A stretch of 64,000 bases of DNA, taken from contig OY776510.1 in NCBI GenBank assembly GCA_963675665.1, forward strand, positions 608,001-672,000, written 5' to 3'. The first letter of the stretch is position 1; each line of letters starts with the position of its first letter. This DNA comes from Spirochaetia bacterium. Lineage in GTDB: Bacteria; Spirochaetota; Spirochaetia; UBA9216. This document shows, piece by piece, positions 28,120-37,772 of this stretch. The notes beneath the pieces were generated by a model. The model ran no database searches. It saw only the letters and a program-made list of their open reading frames with translations, and was not told where the DNA came from. A program made the position numbers and the translations under genes.

Positions 28120-30183
28120 ATGGATACTTCGGATCAATTCATTAATAAAGAAATAAGCTGGCTTGCCTTCAACGAGAGGGTTTTGCAGGAAGCAGAAGAC
28201 AAACGCAACCTTCTTGGAGACAGAATAAGGTTTTTAGGCATCTTCTCTTCAAATCAGGATGAATTTTTCCGTGTAAGAGTAGCAATGCTGAAAAAATTCT
28301 GTCTGATGAGCAAAAGCAACAGACAATACCTGCTGGAAGATCCGGAACGGATAATGCACGATGTTCAGGAGATAATTCACAGGCAGCGCACAAGATCTGA
28401 AAAACTGTATGCCGAACTGATTGCCGAATTAAAAAATGAAAATATTTTTATACTTCATAAAAATGATCTAAGCCGGGAACAGCGGGAATATGTTCTGGAA
28501 TATTTTTACAACCATGTTCGCTCCCAGATATTTCCGATGATGCTCAATGCCCGGCTTGATTTTCCGTACCTGAAAGACAATTCTCTGTACCTTGCAGTTG
28601 AGCTGAAAAAAAAGAACAAGGAAACAATTCGTTACAGCATAATCGAAATACCGACGAGAACACTTCCGAGGTTTGTTAAACTGCCGCATTCAGGTGACGA
28701 CACTCATATTATCCTTATTGATGAAATTGTTCGTGTAGGACTTCCGAGCATTTATGCAGTCCATAATTTTGAAAGTTTTCATGCCTACAACTTCAAAATA
28801 ACCCGTGATGCCGAGATTGAAATTGATGAGGACGACATTTCAATAAGCTATCTGAATAAAATTTCCGAAGGGGTAAAAAAACGAAAAGAAGGCGGAATCA
28901 TCCGAATTGTTCATGATGAAAAAATGCCGCAAAAGATGCTGACCATGTTTATCAAAAAGAATCATATTCACCGTCTTGATACACTTTCCGCCGGCGGCCG
29001 TTACCATAAACTCAAGGATTTTCTAAGCTTTCCGGCTGTAGCCGGGCTTCCGACAACAGAACCGAATCCTCCTTTCAGACATGCTGCAATTGATCAGAAC
29101 AGAAGGATTTTCAGTTCAATAAAAAAAGGGGATATGCTTCTTTATTTCCCCTACCATACCTTCAGCACTATAATCGATTTTATTCGTGATGCTTCGATAG
29201 ATCCTTCAGTAGAAATCATAAAAGTGACTCTTTACCGTGTAGCAAAATTTTCAAGTATAGCCAATGCGCTGATAAATGCCAGTCGTAACAGTAAAGATGT
29301 CACAGTTCTGCTGGAACTGCAGGCAAGATTTGATGAAGAGAACAACATCTACTGGGCAAATCGTCTTAAAAGCGAAGGCGTTAAGGTTCTGTTCGGTATA
29401 ACAGGGCTTAAGGTCCACTCAAAGCTTTGCTTGATAAGCCGCAGGGAAAAAAAGGAACTGCTGCATTATTGTGCTGTCGGAACAGGCAATATGAATGAAG
29501 AAACGGCCAGACTCTACACGGACTGCTCTCTTCTGACTGCAGATCAGCGGATAGGCAAAGAAATAAACAATCTTTTTGATTTTCTTGAACGGAATATAAA
29601 ATACAACGGGACCTTTGAGCACCTTATGGTGTCGCCGATCAACACAAGAAGCCGCCTTAATGAACTGATTAATTTTGAAATAGCCGAAGCAAAAAAAGGC
29701 AACCCGGCGTGGATAAACATTAAAATTAATAATATGGCAGATAAAGACCTGGCAGCAAAACTGTATGAAGCCGGAAGGACCGGCGTTAAAATTAGACTGA
29801 TATGCCGCAGCCGGTTTATCATGAAAACCGGAATTGAGGGACTGAGTGAAAATATTGAGGCAATCAGTATTGTAGACGGGTACCTGGAACACGCAAGGTT
29901 CTTTATCTTTCATCACGGCGGAGAAAACATGACATTCCTCGGCTCGGCGGACTGGCAGACAAGAAATATCGACCACCGCGTAGAGGTCACCTGCCCGGTT
30001 TACCGCAAAAGGCTGAAAAAGAAACTTCTGGATATTTTCGAGATTCAGTGGAGCGATAATTACAAGGCAAGAATCCTTGATCCCGATATGAAAAACGAAT
30101 TCGTACAGAAAAAGGCCAACTGTAAAATCATCCGTTCTCAGAACGCGGTATACGAATATCTTATAGCAAACAATAATATATAA
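28120..30183 (+). CDS. ppk1: Polyphosphate kinase 1
   Basis: EISWLAFNERVLQEA, DEFFRVRVA, TLYRVA, ELQARFDEENN, KVHSK (phospho-His), GTGN, YLEHAR, GSADW. Confidence 0.97.
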   Translation: MDTSDQFINKEISWLAFNERVLQEAEDKRNLLGDRIRFLGIFSSNQDEFFRVRVAMLKKFCLMSKSNRQYLLEDPERIMHDVQEIIHRQRTRSEKLYAELIAELKNENIFILHKNDLSREQREYVLEYFYNHVRSQIFPMMLNARLDFPYLKDNSLYLAVELKKKNKETIRYSIIEIPTRTLPRFVKLPHSGDDTHIILIDEIVRVGLPSIYAVHNFESFHAYNFKITRDAEIEIDEDDISISYLNKISEGVKKRKEGGIIRIVHDEKMPQKMLTMFIKKNHIHRLDTLSAGGRYHKLKDFLSFPAVAGLPTTEPNPPFRHAAIDQNRRIFSSIKKGDMLLYFPYHTFSTIIDFIRDASIDPSVEIIKVTLYRVAKFSSIANALINASRNSKDVTVLLELQARFDEENNIYWANRLKSEGVKVLFGITGLKVHSKLCLISRREKKELLHYCAVGTGNMNEETARLYTDCSLLTADQRIGKEINNLFDFLERNIKYNGTFEHLMVSPINTRSRLNELINFEIAEAKKGNPAWINIKINNMADKDLAAKLYEAGRTGVKIRLICRSRFIMKTGIEGLSENIEAISIVDGYLEHARFFIFHHGGENMTFLGSADWQTRNIDHRVEVTCPVYRKRLKKKLLDIFEIQWSDNYKARILDPDMKNEFVQKKANCKIIRSQNAVYEYLIANNNI

Positions 30184-30211
30184 TCCGGGAATAATTCAAA
30201 ACCCCGACGGT

Positions 30212-30613
30212 TCAGGAACCCTTCTTTAAAAATACCTCGAGAGCTTCAGAATAAGGATTTTTAACAAGCAGCTTTAGGGCTTTTTTTGATTTGACAAACT
30301 GCCTTTTTCGGATTTTACGTTCAGGCCATTTCCGACATATTCTGCTTATTTTGAAAGGATACAGTTTATAGGTTATCGATTCCGTTTTTTTTATTACTGT
30401 TATTTTAACGGCTTTGCCCTTGAGAGCACCGATTATTCCGGCTTCTTCAAAGGCTTCATTTACAGCTACCTCACGGTCTTTCTTGTCTTCTTCCTGCTGT
30501 CCCTTTGGAAAAATCCATTTCGACGGATGCTTTCTGCTGGTAACAATTATAAAGCGGTAAGAATTATTTCTTACGATGTACGGTATAACGCCGACCTGAA
30601 TCTGTTCAGTCAA
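30212..30613 (-). CDS. Nudix hydrolase (DIPP/Ddp1-like subfamily)
   Basis: VTSRKHPSKWIFPKG...EAFEEAG Nudix box, WPE...R.R. Confidence 0.82.
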   Translation of the reverse strand: MTEQIQVGVIPYIVRNNSYRFIIVTSRKHPSKWIFPKGQQEEDKKDREVAVNEAFEEAGIIGALKGKAVKITVIKKTESITYKLYPFKISRICRKWPERKIRKRQFVKSKKALKLLVKNPYSEALEVFLKKGS

Positions 30614-30632
30614 TCACTTCTCCTGAATCCTT

Positions 30633-31199
30633 TTAAATATCAATATGGTAGAGTTTGTCAATAATCACTTCCGACGGCGTCCCGGCTTCAAGCAGTTTTT
30701 CAAGTTCCCGAAAAAAAACGGTTTCTGCATCAAGCCTCTCCTTCAGGTTTTCCGGCGGACGCCAGCCGGGAAGATCTGCCGCTTCATTGCCGCTGCACCC
30801 GGGACAACCCTGAAGAGGTGGTAAAAACCCCCAATCTTCCCGGCCGGAACCGGTGTCCACTTCCCGGCAGAACGGAGCAAGCAGACAGACAAGCGGTTTG
30901 GAATCAGGGTGAAGCCTGCACTGGCCTGTCAGCCTGGTTTTACCCGGTTCATCCTCGATTAATCTGTTCTCAAGGAATGGGCAGCATCCGGCCGGCCCCA
31001 GACTGAAGCGGATTCTCGGCAGCGGCGCGTTGTTGCGTTCATAATCAATTACAAGGTAAGAGTGCTCAAACAATTCATACGTGTCAGAAAAACCTAGGAA
31101 CCGCCCCATCAGGACCAGGTCCTGCGGATTCAGAAAAACATGCATTCCGCCGCGGCAACATTCGCCGCAACAGAGGCAGTCAATAGATTTCATACTCAA
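30633..31199 (-). CDS. YkgJ-family (CxxCxxCC) cysteine-cluster protein
   Basis: CLCCGECC, CPFL, CRLH..KP.VC..APF, CPG. Confidence 0.85.
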   Translation of the reverse strand: MSMKSIDCLCCGECCRGGMHVFLNPQDLVLMGRFLGFSDTYELFEHSYLVIDYERNNAPLPRIRFSLGPAGCCPFLENRLIEDEPGKTRLTGQCRLHPDSKPLVCLLAPFCREVDTGSGREDWGFLPPLQGCPGCSGNEAADLPGWRPPENLKERLDAETVFFRELEKLLEAGTPSEVIIDKLYHIDI

Positions 31200-31872
31200 G
31201 AATTTCTTCCAGTCTTAAAGTCACTCTGGCCTTGCAGATATAATTTCCGGCATCCATTGTAATATACGGGACTTCCGACAAACGGGCAAGGCCGGAAATT
31301 CTGCGCGGTTTATCATAAATACGGGGACGAAGATAGTTTCTGAGCGATTCCTTGACGGAATTTCCTATAGCTTCTTTTTTCCCTTCTATACCGGAGAACA
31401 GGGGGCCTTCTCCGACTGCAGTCACTGCAGGCAGAACACTGGTTTCCCAGCTTACCACCCAGGGCACCTGGTCTTCACTGATTTCATATGAAATTTCGGC
31501 ATCGTATCGGCCGTTTTTATAACGGCCGTCCGTCACCCGGAGCCCTGAATCGCCCCATGGAATTGTATGTACCGGAGCAAAGCTGAATTCCTCTTCTACC
31601 CCCCTCAAACTGTCTTTCGGTATATACACAAAATTAAATCCGTATATCATGGCTGAAAAAACGTATTGCGCTTCTTCGAGAAGCTGTCTGATCGCTTTTT
31701 CTTCATCATATACCTCCAGCTCGAAGGGCCCTGCAGGTTCAAGCAGGACAAAAAAACCGCCCCGGATGGTTATGGTGTCATATTCCGGATCAGTATATGA
31801 AAATACGGCAACTGAGGATAAAAAGAATACTGATGTAAAAATCAGGATTCTTACGACATTACTTTTTAACAT
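31180..31872 (-). CDS. Hypothetical exported protein (spirochete-type)
   Basis: Signal peptide; lies between the rhomboid and YkgJ genes on the same strand; SAMIYGFNFVY.P.D motif. Confidence 0.7.
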   Translation of the reverse strand: MLKSNVVRILIFTSVFFLSSVAVFSYTDPEYDTITIRGGFFVLLEPAGPFELEVYDEEKAIRQLLEEAQYVFSAMIYGFNFVYIPKDSLRGVEEEFSFAPVHTIPWGDSGLRVTDGRYKNGRYDAEISYEISEDQVPWVVSWETSVLPAVTAVGEGPLFSGIEGKKEAIGNSVKESLRNYLRPRIYDKPRRISGLARLSEVPYITMDAGNYICKARVTLRLEEILEYEIY

Positions 31873-31884
31873 CAATACTGCCGT

Positions 31885-32514
31885 TTACCGGTTCTTTCCG
31901 GTAAAAACATTGATTGGATTTATTCCCAGCCTGATAACAAAATACAGAAATGCAAATCCGAATCCGGCAAGATGGGTCAGATGCGCAACCCCGCTGCGGT
32001 AACTGCCGAACTGCGACAACAGCTCAATTGCGGTATAAATCATAACCAGCATTGCCGCCTTTACCGGAATTATCCCGAAAATGAAAATCCTCGAATCAGG
32101 GAAAAAAACCGCGTATGCAAACAATACTGCGTAAACAGCCCCGGAAGCGCCTAGAAGAACAACATTTGTTCCGGTCATAAAATACACTATAAACGAAAAA
32201 ACTCCGGCGAGGGTTCCGGTTAAAAGATAAAACAACAGGAATTCCCGGCTGCCCATCTGCCGCTCAACCGCCTGGCCGAAAAAAAACAGCGCCAGCATGT
32301 TGAATGCAATGTGGGTTATTCCGGAATGAACAAACATATAGGTCATAAATTGCCAGACGAAACCGTTTAAAACAAACGAAGGAATCATAGCAAGATAATA
32401 CATCGTTTTGGGGGCAATCATATTCACGATAAAAACCGCCAGGTTAAGACCTATCAGGATGAATGATACATTCGAAAATGTATACCTGAACTGTTTTCTC
32501 AGCAAATTATTCAT
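31885..32514 (-). CDS. Rhomboid-family intramembrane serine protease
   Basis: WQFMTYMFVH, HIAFNM, GASG (catalytic Ser), AHLTHLAG (catalytic His). Confidence 0.95.
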   Translation of the reverse strand: MNNLLRKQFRYTFSNVSFILIGLNLAVFIVNMIAPKTMYYLAMIPSFVLNGFVWQFMTYMFVHSGITHIAFNMLALFFFGQAVERQMGSREFLLFYLLTGTLAGVFSFIVYFMTGTNVVLLGASGAVYAVLFAYAVFFPDSRIFIFGIIPVKAAMLVMIYTAIELLSQFGSYRSGVAHLTHLAGFGFAFLYFVIRLGINPINVFTGKNR

Positions 32515-32640
32515 ACTAAATAAGGTATAGCTTTTAGTTCATACGGTCAAGGAACAAGGCTGCAGGGAAAGACTGTTGGACAGCTTTATCGGGCCGGAAA
32601 TAACCTTGATGCCTTTCCGCAGCAGTGCTATGTTTTTAAT

Positions 32641-33954
32641 ATGAGGTTTTACAGATTGCCGGCAATAATCCTGATCCCGTTTATTATTTTTATGTCCTGC
32701 AATCATTCCGAAACTCCGACCGGATTCGGAGATCCCCCGGTTCCGGAAACCTGCTTCTGTGACCCCGACGGAGTGGAAGCCTACCTGCAGTGGATCAGTC
32801 AGAATTACACCGGTATAACAGAGCTCAGAACAATCGGATACTCCGAAAACGACAGAAGTCTTTTCGTCCTTGAAATATCCGATAAACCCGGAATTACTGA
32901 GGATGAACCTGCTGTTCTGATAAACGGAGGAATTCACGGCCATGAACAGATAGGCACAGGCATACCCATGAAACTGGCTGAATATCTGGTACAGGCTTAT
33001 TATACCGGAGACGCCGGGGCCGAATACATTGTCGACAACCTGAAACTTCATATTATGCCGACGCTGAACCCCGACGGACTGGCTGCATCACGCCGCTACA
33101 ACAGCAACTTCGTTGATCTTAACCGCAATTTCGGCTGGAACTGGGACAGCTCGCAATCCAACAATGGCGAATACCCCTTTGATCAGCGCGAAAGCCGGGC
33201 AGTCAGGGACGATTTTGCCGACTACGGATACTGCCTGTCTTTGAATCTTCATACCTCTTACAGCTGGGGAAGCTCAGGCACAACCGACGGTGGCGCAGGC
33301 ATTTATGCGCCGTGGGATGCAATTGAGACGAGCGAAACTGATTTTGAAAATCAGTATTTGCAGAATTATCCCTTTATAAAAACACTCGGCGAAGACTATG
33401 CCGACAGGGTTGTCGCTTCAGATATCTATCCGTTTGATTATTATTTCCATTACCAGGAAGGCGCCGACTGGTATCCGTTCTGGGGGTCAATGGGCGACTG
33501 GGCCCTTGGAGTACACGGCACGGCATCCTATTCAATCGAACTTTACGGAGATCAGTATTTTTCCGTCGAAGACTCGGATATTCTTGATTCAACCTGGGAA
33601 GCACATAAAGAGGCGCTTATTAATATAATCTTGTCTGCTGAAGCCGGCACCGGCGGGATTGTAGTTGATACGAACGGGCAACCGGTTGCCGGAGCAGAAA
33701 TAACTCTCGACAACACTTCAGGCAGCCGGAGTCTTGAGCCAATCCCGTATCCGGATTTGAAAACCCTGTCGGACGCCTCGGGACAATTCAGACTGCTGAC
33801 TGACGACGGTTCTTACAGCCTTACAATTTCCAAAAGCGGTTATGCCGATCTTTCAACCCAGATAACTGTATCAACCTCCAGCTCGAGAGGATTAACAGAT
33901 ACAGGCAGCGGAACCGATTACTTCTACCCTGAATACATCCTTTATGCTGATTAA
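32641..33954 (+). CDS. M14 zinc carboxypeptidase lipoprotein with a C-terminal beta-sandwich domain
   Basis: Lipobox FMSC, HGHE, NPDG, RRYN...DLNRNF, NLH, catalytic SIEL; C-terminal G.VVD..G.PV.GA...G.Y.LTISK.GY. Confidence 0.88.
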   Translation: MRFYRLPAIILIPFIIFMSCNHSETPTGFGDPPVPETCFCDPDGVEAYLQWISQNYTGITELRTIGYSENDRSLFVLEISDKPGITEDEPAVLINGGIHGHEQIGTGIPMKLAEYLVQAYYTGDAGAEYIVDNLKLHIMPTLNPDGLAASRRYNSNFVDLNRNFGWNWDSSQSNNGEYPFDQRESRAVRDDFADYGYCLSLNLHTSYSWGSSGTTDGGAGIYAPWDAIETSETDFENQYLQNYPFIKTLGEDYADRVVASDIYPFDYYFHYQEGADWYPFWGSMGDWALGVHGTASYSIELYGDQYFSVEDSDILDSTWEAHKEALINIILSAEAGTGGIVVDTNGQPVAGAEITLDNTSGSRSLEPIPYPDLKTLSDASGQFRLLTDDGSYSLTISKSGYADLSTQITVSTSSSRGLTDTGSGTDYFYPEYILYAD

Positions 33955-34029
33955 TATTGTTTACATTTACTTCGATTTGCTCTAAGCTCTTCGGTTGGTG
34001 ATAAGCATAAATGGTAATTGGAGAATTTC

Positions 34030-35304
34030 ATGAATAAATATGACGTAATCATCGTCGGTTCGGGACCGGCCGGTCTGGGGGCCGCATTCCACCTGGCAAA
34101 AAAGAACGAGAAACTGAAAATTCTTATGCTGGAAAAGGAAAAGGTTTCCACCGGCGGACTTCGGAACGATTGTAAAATGAATTTCACCTTTCCCATAGGG
34201 TTTCCCCTCGAAAACTGGAACAGGGAGCAGGCCGAACATTACCTGGATGAAGTAATCAAAAAACTGAAACCGAATATGCTGGGCAAGAAAAACCTTTCCA
34301 CCTACTTTAAACGGGCACAAAACCTCGGAGTAGAGATGCTTGACATCAGGCAGACCCATCTGGGCACCGACGGTGGCCTGCAGCTTATAAAACAGCTCAC
34401 ATCGGAACTCGAACAGTTGGGAGTTGATATAAAACTTGAAACAGAGATGACCGATATCGATCCGTCTGGAAAAACAATTGTCACTGATCACGGGAATTTC
34501 GAATATGTAGACCTGATAATAGCGCCCGGACGCAAAGGTTTCCGTTTTCTTCAATCCGTTATGGACAAGCTTAAAGTCTCTTATATAGACCATATTGTCG
34601 ATATCGGCATCAGGATAGAAACAAGAATTGAAAATTACCCGATAGTCTCCGACTATTATGACCCCAAGTTTATTTTCCCCGATAAAGTACGAACGTTCTG
34701 CACAAACAGCGGCGCAGCCCACGTTGTTCGTGAGAAGTATATAACCGCATCCGGCAAACCTTATTTCAGCGTAAACGGCCATGCTTTTTCCAGCAACAAG
34801 GCTCCGAACGGCCTTGTAAATTTTGCCATGCTGAAAACGGTCACCTTTACCGAACCCCTTGCAAGCGGACAGGAGTTTGCTGAAAATCTGGGACTGCAGG
34901 CAATGCTGATGGGCGGAGGAAAACCCATAATGCAGCGGGTGGGAGATTTCAGGCTCGGTAAAAGATCAAAAGCCGAATCATTCAACGACGATCTTTACGA
35001 TTTTAAACCGACGCAGCCTGGATGTACCCCTGGAGACATCAGTCTTTCAATGCCGGCCAAAATTCTGAGGGGAATATGGAAATCGATGAAGGCGCTTGAC
35101 ACCATTATTCCCGGGGTCCTTCATCCGGGGACAATCATGTATTATCCCGAAATCAAGCTGTATGCCAATAAACCTGAATATCTCAACAGCAGTTTTAAGG
35201 CCTACGATAACATATACTTCGCCGGAGACGGGGCAGGCACCAGCCGCGGAATAACCGCAGCCTGGGCAAGCGGAATAAGGGCGGCGGAAGGAATTATCTG
35301 CTGA
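34030..35304 (+). CDS. NAD(P)/FAD-dependent oxidoreductase of unknown function
   Basis: IIVGSGPAG, HLGTD, APGR.G, VRTFCTN, VNGH, AGDGAG.SRG. Confidence 0.85.
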   Translation: MNKYDVIIVGSGPAGLGAAFHLAKKNEKLKILMLEKEKVSTGGLRNDCKMNFTFPIGFPLENWNREQAEHYLDEVIKKLKPNMLGKKNLSTYFKRAQNLGVEMLDIRQTHLGTDGGLQLIKQLTSELEQLGVDIKLETEMTDIDPSGKTIVTDHGNFEYVDLIIAPGRKGFRFLQSVMDKLKVSYIDHIVDIGIRIETRIENYPIVSDYYDPKFIFPDKVRTFCTNSGAAHVVREKYITASGKPYFSVNGHAFSSNKAPNGLVNFAMLKTVTFTEPLASGQEFAENLGLQAMLMGGGKPIMQRVGDFRLGKRSKAESFNDDLYDFKPTQPGCTPGDISLSMPAKILRGIWKSMKALDTIIPGVLHPGTIMYYPEIKLYANKPEYLNSSFKAYDNIYFAGDGAGTSRGITAAWASGIRAAEGIIC

Positions 35305-35345
35305 GCCTGAAAAGCTTAAATATTCAAAAATAAATATTAAAACTC

Positions 35346-35374
35346 TTGAATTATCACCCCGGCGGAATTAGATT
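35346..35374 (+). promoter_or_regulatory. Sigma70-type promoter of the putative small RNA
   Basis: TTGAAT-N17-TAGATT with an AT-rich tract upstream. Confidence 0.6.
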
Positions 35375-35380
35375 TAAAGC

Positions 35381-35506
35381 AGAAGTACATACAGTCTTCA
35401 GCGCAGGGAGAGCACCGATTTCGGATCATTCCGGTTGTTACCCGGAGGATCAGGTTAAACTCGTCGGTGGTAAATCCTCCAAATAGTCTCCCTGCGCGTT
35501 TTTTTT
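35381..35506 (+). ncRNA. Candidate structured small RNA or cis-regulatory leader (family not recognised)
   Basis: 11-bp closing stem GCGCAGGGAGA/TCTCCCTGCGC followed by T8; nested helices CACCGA/TCGGTG, GATC/GATC and TCCGG/CCGGA; promoter upstream; no ORF. Confidence 0.6.
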
Positions 35507-35549
35507 ATATTTTATTATTTTTCCGCCGGTTTTTTATTATATTAAAAAC

Positions 35550-37763
35550 ATGATTTTCAGACACCGATACAACATGCTCTTTGAATTCAGTGAACTGGAC
35601 TGGCTTTTTCATGATTCAGAGGATATTGAAACATTTTTAAAAAGAGTAATTGAATTAATATACAAACATATGAGCATAAGCGGATGTTCTGTCTACCTGC
35701 TTGACGAAAACTCCGATCAGCTTGTCTTTATGGCATCTGAAAAAACAGTTAACAAAGACAGCTCTGAAACTGACCGCCAGCCGCTTCATCTTAAAAAAGG
35801 CGATAGCCTGTGCGGAACAGCCGTTGAATCCGGAAGGATTCAATACGGTTCAAAACGAAGACTTACAATGGCCGTCCCGATTAAGCGCGGAAATATTCCG
35901 GTCGGCGCCCTGTTTCTGGAAAGAGTCAAGCGGTCGTTTAACAGGATCGATGAAGGAACGATAAGGGTATTAACCTCCCAGCTGGCGAACATTCTGGAAA
36001 ATGCAAGAATATTCTATACGGAGGCCATGAATACCAGCCTGGAACCCGGTGAAGGATCGCTGGAATTCAACACCCAGATGCTCCTTCAAGGAACAGGAGC
36101 CTCTCCGGGGCAGGCATTCGGAGAAAGCTTTATTCTCGACCGAAAGCGGAGTTTTACCGAGCTCAGACGCGTCAGGTTTGATCACATCTACACAAGCAAA
36201 GAACTGGAACAGGCTATCAGAAAAACCGAGAAACAGCTTCTTGATCTTCAGGAAGGTGTAGAAAAAAATCTGTCGGACAGTGCATCATTAATCTTCACAT
36301 CACATCTTATGATTCTGAAGGATCGAAGTTTTAACAATGAAATTAAAAACCGGATAAGCACCGGAATAAATCCCCCGACAGCACTATTGAACGTTGCAGA
36401 AAATTATATAAAAATCTTTATGGAGAGCGAGAATCCCTTTGTAAGAGAAAAGATCGAGGACATTGAAGATCTTGTTCAAAGAATCTTTTCCAACCTTCTT
36501 GGCGAAGAAACCGCTCCGGTAAATGCAAAGGGTAAAATTGTCATAACGAAGAAACTCTATCCGTCGGACATTCTGATGCTTGCAACCGAAAAGACTTCCG
36601 GCATTCTGATGGTATCCGGAGGGCTGACCGCCCACATCTCAATTCTGGCACAATCTCTCAAGTTGCCGCTTGTAATTGCAGATTTTCCGGATTTAATAAA
36701 AACAGACAGGCCTCTGCCGGTTGGAATTGACGGAGATTCAGGGAAAATCTGCATTAACCCTTCGCCGGAAATTATGAAGGATTTCAGAAATTTACAAAAC
36801 AGAAACTGGTCGAAAGAAGAAAGATTTCTGTCCGATGAAACCCGTACCCGTTGCGGGAAAAAAATCGGGCTGCTGACAAATATTAACCTGATACCGGACC
36901 TTGAAGAAGCTGTCAGATTAAACGCAGAAGGGATAGATCTTTACCGGACCGAGTTTCCATTTCTGCTTAGAAACAGCTTTCCGACCGAAGAGGAACAATT
37001 TTCAGTTTACAGGCAGATTATTGATCTTGCCGGAGACAGACCTGTAACATTCAGGACCCTGGACGTCGGCGGAGACAAGGTTTTATCCTACTATCGTGAT
37101 TATAACGAAGAAAATCCGTTTCTTGGTTTAAGATCGATTCGCTTCAGCCTTAAGAACCCGGCAATATTTCGTTCGCAAATTCGGGCCATTCTCCGGGCAG
37201 CAGGAAACCGGCGGATAAAACTTATGTTTCCGATGATTTCTACCATGGAAGAACTTAAAACGTCAAAAGAACTGGTCCTTCAGTCTTTTGAAGATCTTAA
37301 AAACAGCGGAACGGATGTTGTTATGCCGGAAATAGGCGCAATGGTGGAAATTCCGTCGCTGCTTGCAATACTTGATCATGTATGCACGGAAGTGGATTTT
37401 CTTTCCGTCGGTACAAACGATTTTATTCAGTATATGCTGGCAGTAGATCGAAATAATGAGAAGCTGAAAGATTATTATAATCCGCATAACCCGTCTGTTC
37501 TTCGGGGGCTGAAACATATTGCCGACGCAGCCGGAAGGCATAAGGTTGAACTGACATTATGCGGAGAGATGGCGCACCAGAAAGAATATATCCCGTTCCT
37601 GCTGGGCATCGGAATTGAAAACCTGAGCGTCTCAACAAGTTTTCTTTATGAAACCCAGAAGGCTATCGCAGAAATCGGGATGGTTGAAGCAAAAGCATTG
37701 GCTGATGAGATCCTGAACCACAGTTCCGTTAATGAGATTGAGCGATCCCTGGGAATCATATAA
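35550..37763 (+). CDS. ptsP: GAF-domain PEP-protein phosphotransferase (EI-Ntr-like)
   Basis: N-terminal GAF, phospho-His GGLTAHISIL, LYRTEF, RTLDVGGDK, NPFLGLRSIR, SVGTNDF.QY, CGEMA. Confidence 0.92.
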   Translation: MIFRHRYNMLFEFSELDWLFHDSEDIETFLKRVIELIYKHMSISGCSVYLLDENSDQLVFMASEKTVNKDSSETDRQPLHLKKGDSLCGTAVESGRIQYGSKRRLTMAVPIKRGNIPVGALFLERVKRSFNRIDEGTIRVLTSQLANILENARIFYTEAMNTSLEPGEGSLEFNTQMLLQGTGASPGQAFGESFILDRKRSFTELRRVRFDHIYTSKELEQAIRKTEKQLLDLQEGVEKNLSDSASLIFTSHLMILKDRSFNNEIKNRISTGINPPTALLNVAENYIKIFMESENPFVREKIEDIEDLVQRIFSNLLGEETAPVNAKGKIVITKKLYPSDILMLATEKTSGILMVSGGLTAHISILAQSLKLPLVIADFPDLIKTDRPLPVGIDGDSGKICINPSPEIMKDFRNLQNRNWSKEERFLSDETRTRCGKKIGLLTNINLIPDLEEAVRLNAEGIDLYRTEFPFLLRNSFPTEEEQFSVYRQIIDLAGDRPVTFRTLDVGGDKVLSYYRDYNEENPFLGLRSIRFSLKNPAIFRSQIRAILRAAGNRRIKLMFPMISTMEELKTSKELVLQSFEDLKNSGTDVVMPEIGAMVEIPSLLAILDHVCTEVDFLSVGTNDFIQYMLAVDRNNEKLKDYYNPHNPSVLRGLKHIADAAGRHKVELTLCGEMAHQKEYIPFLLGIGIENLSVSTSFLYETQKAIAEIGMVEAKALADEILNHSSVNEIERSLGII

Positions 37764-37772
37764 AATAGGCAT

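Noticed and set aside
35391-35470. FMN-riboswitch-like start (TCTTCAGcGCAGGG) and T-box-like GGTGGT in the orphan RNA
   Set aside because: The remaining conserved FMN segments and the T-box TGGNACC bulge are missing, and the downstream gene is unrelated to either.
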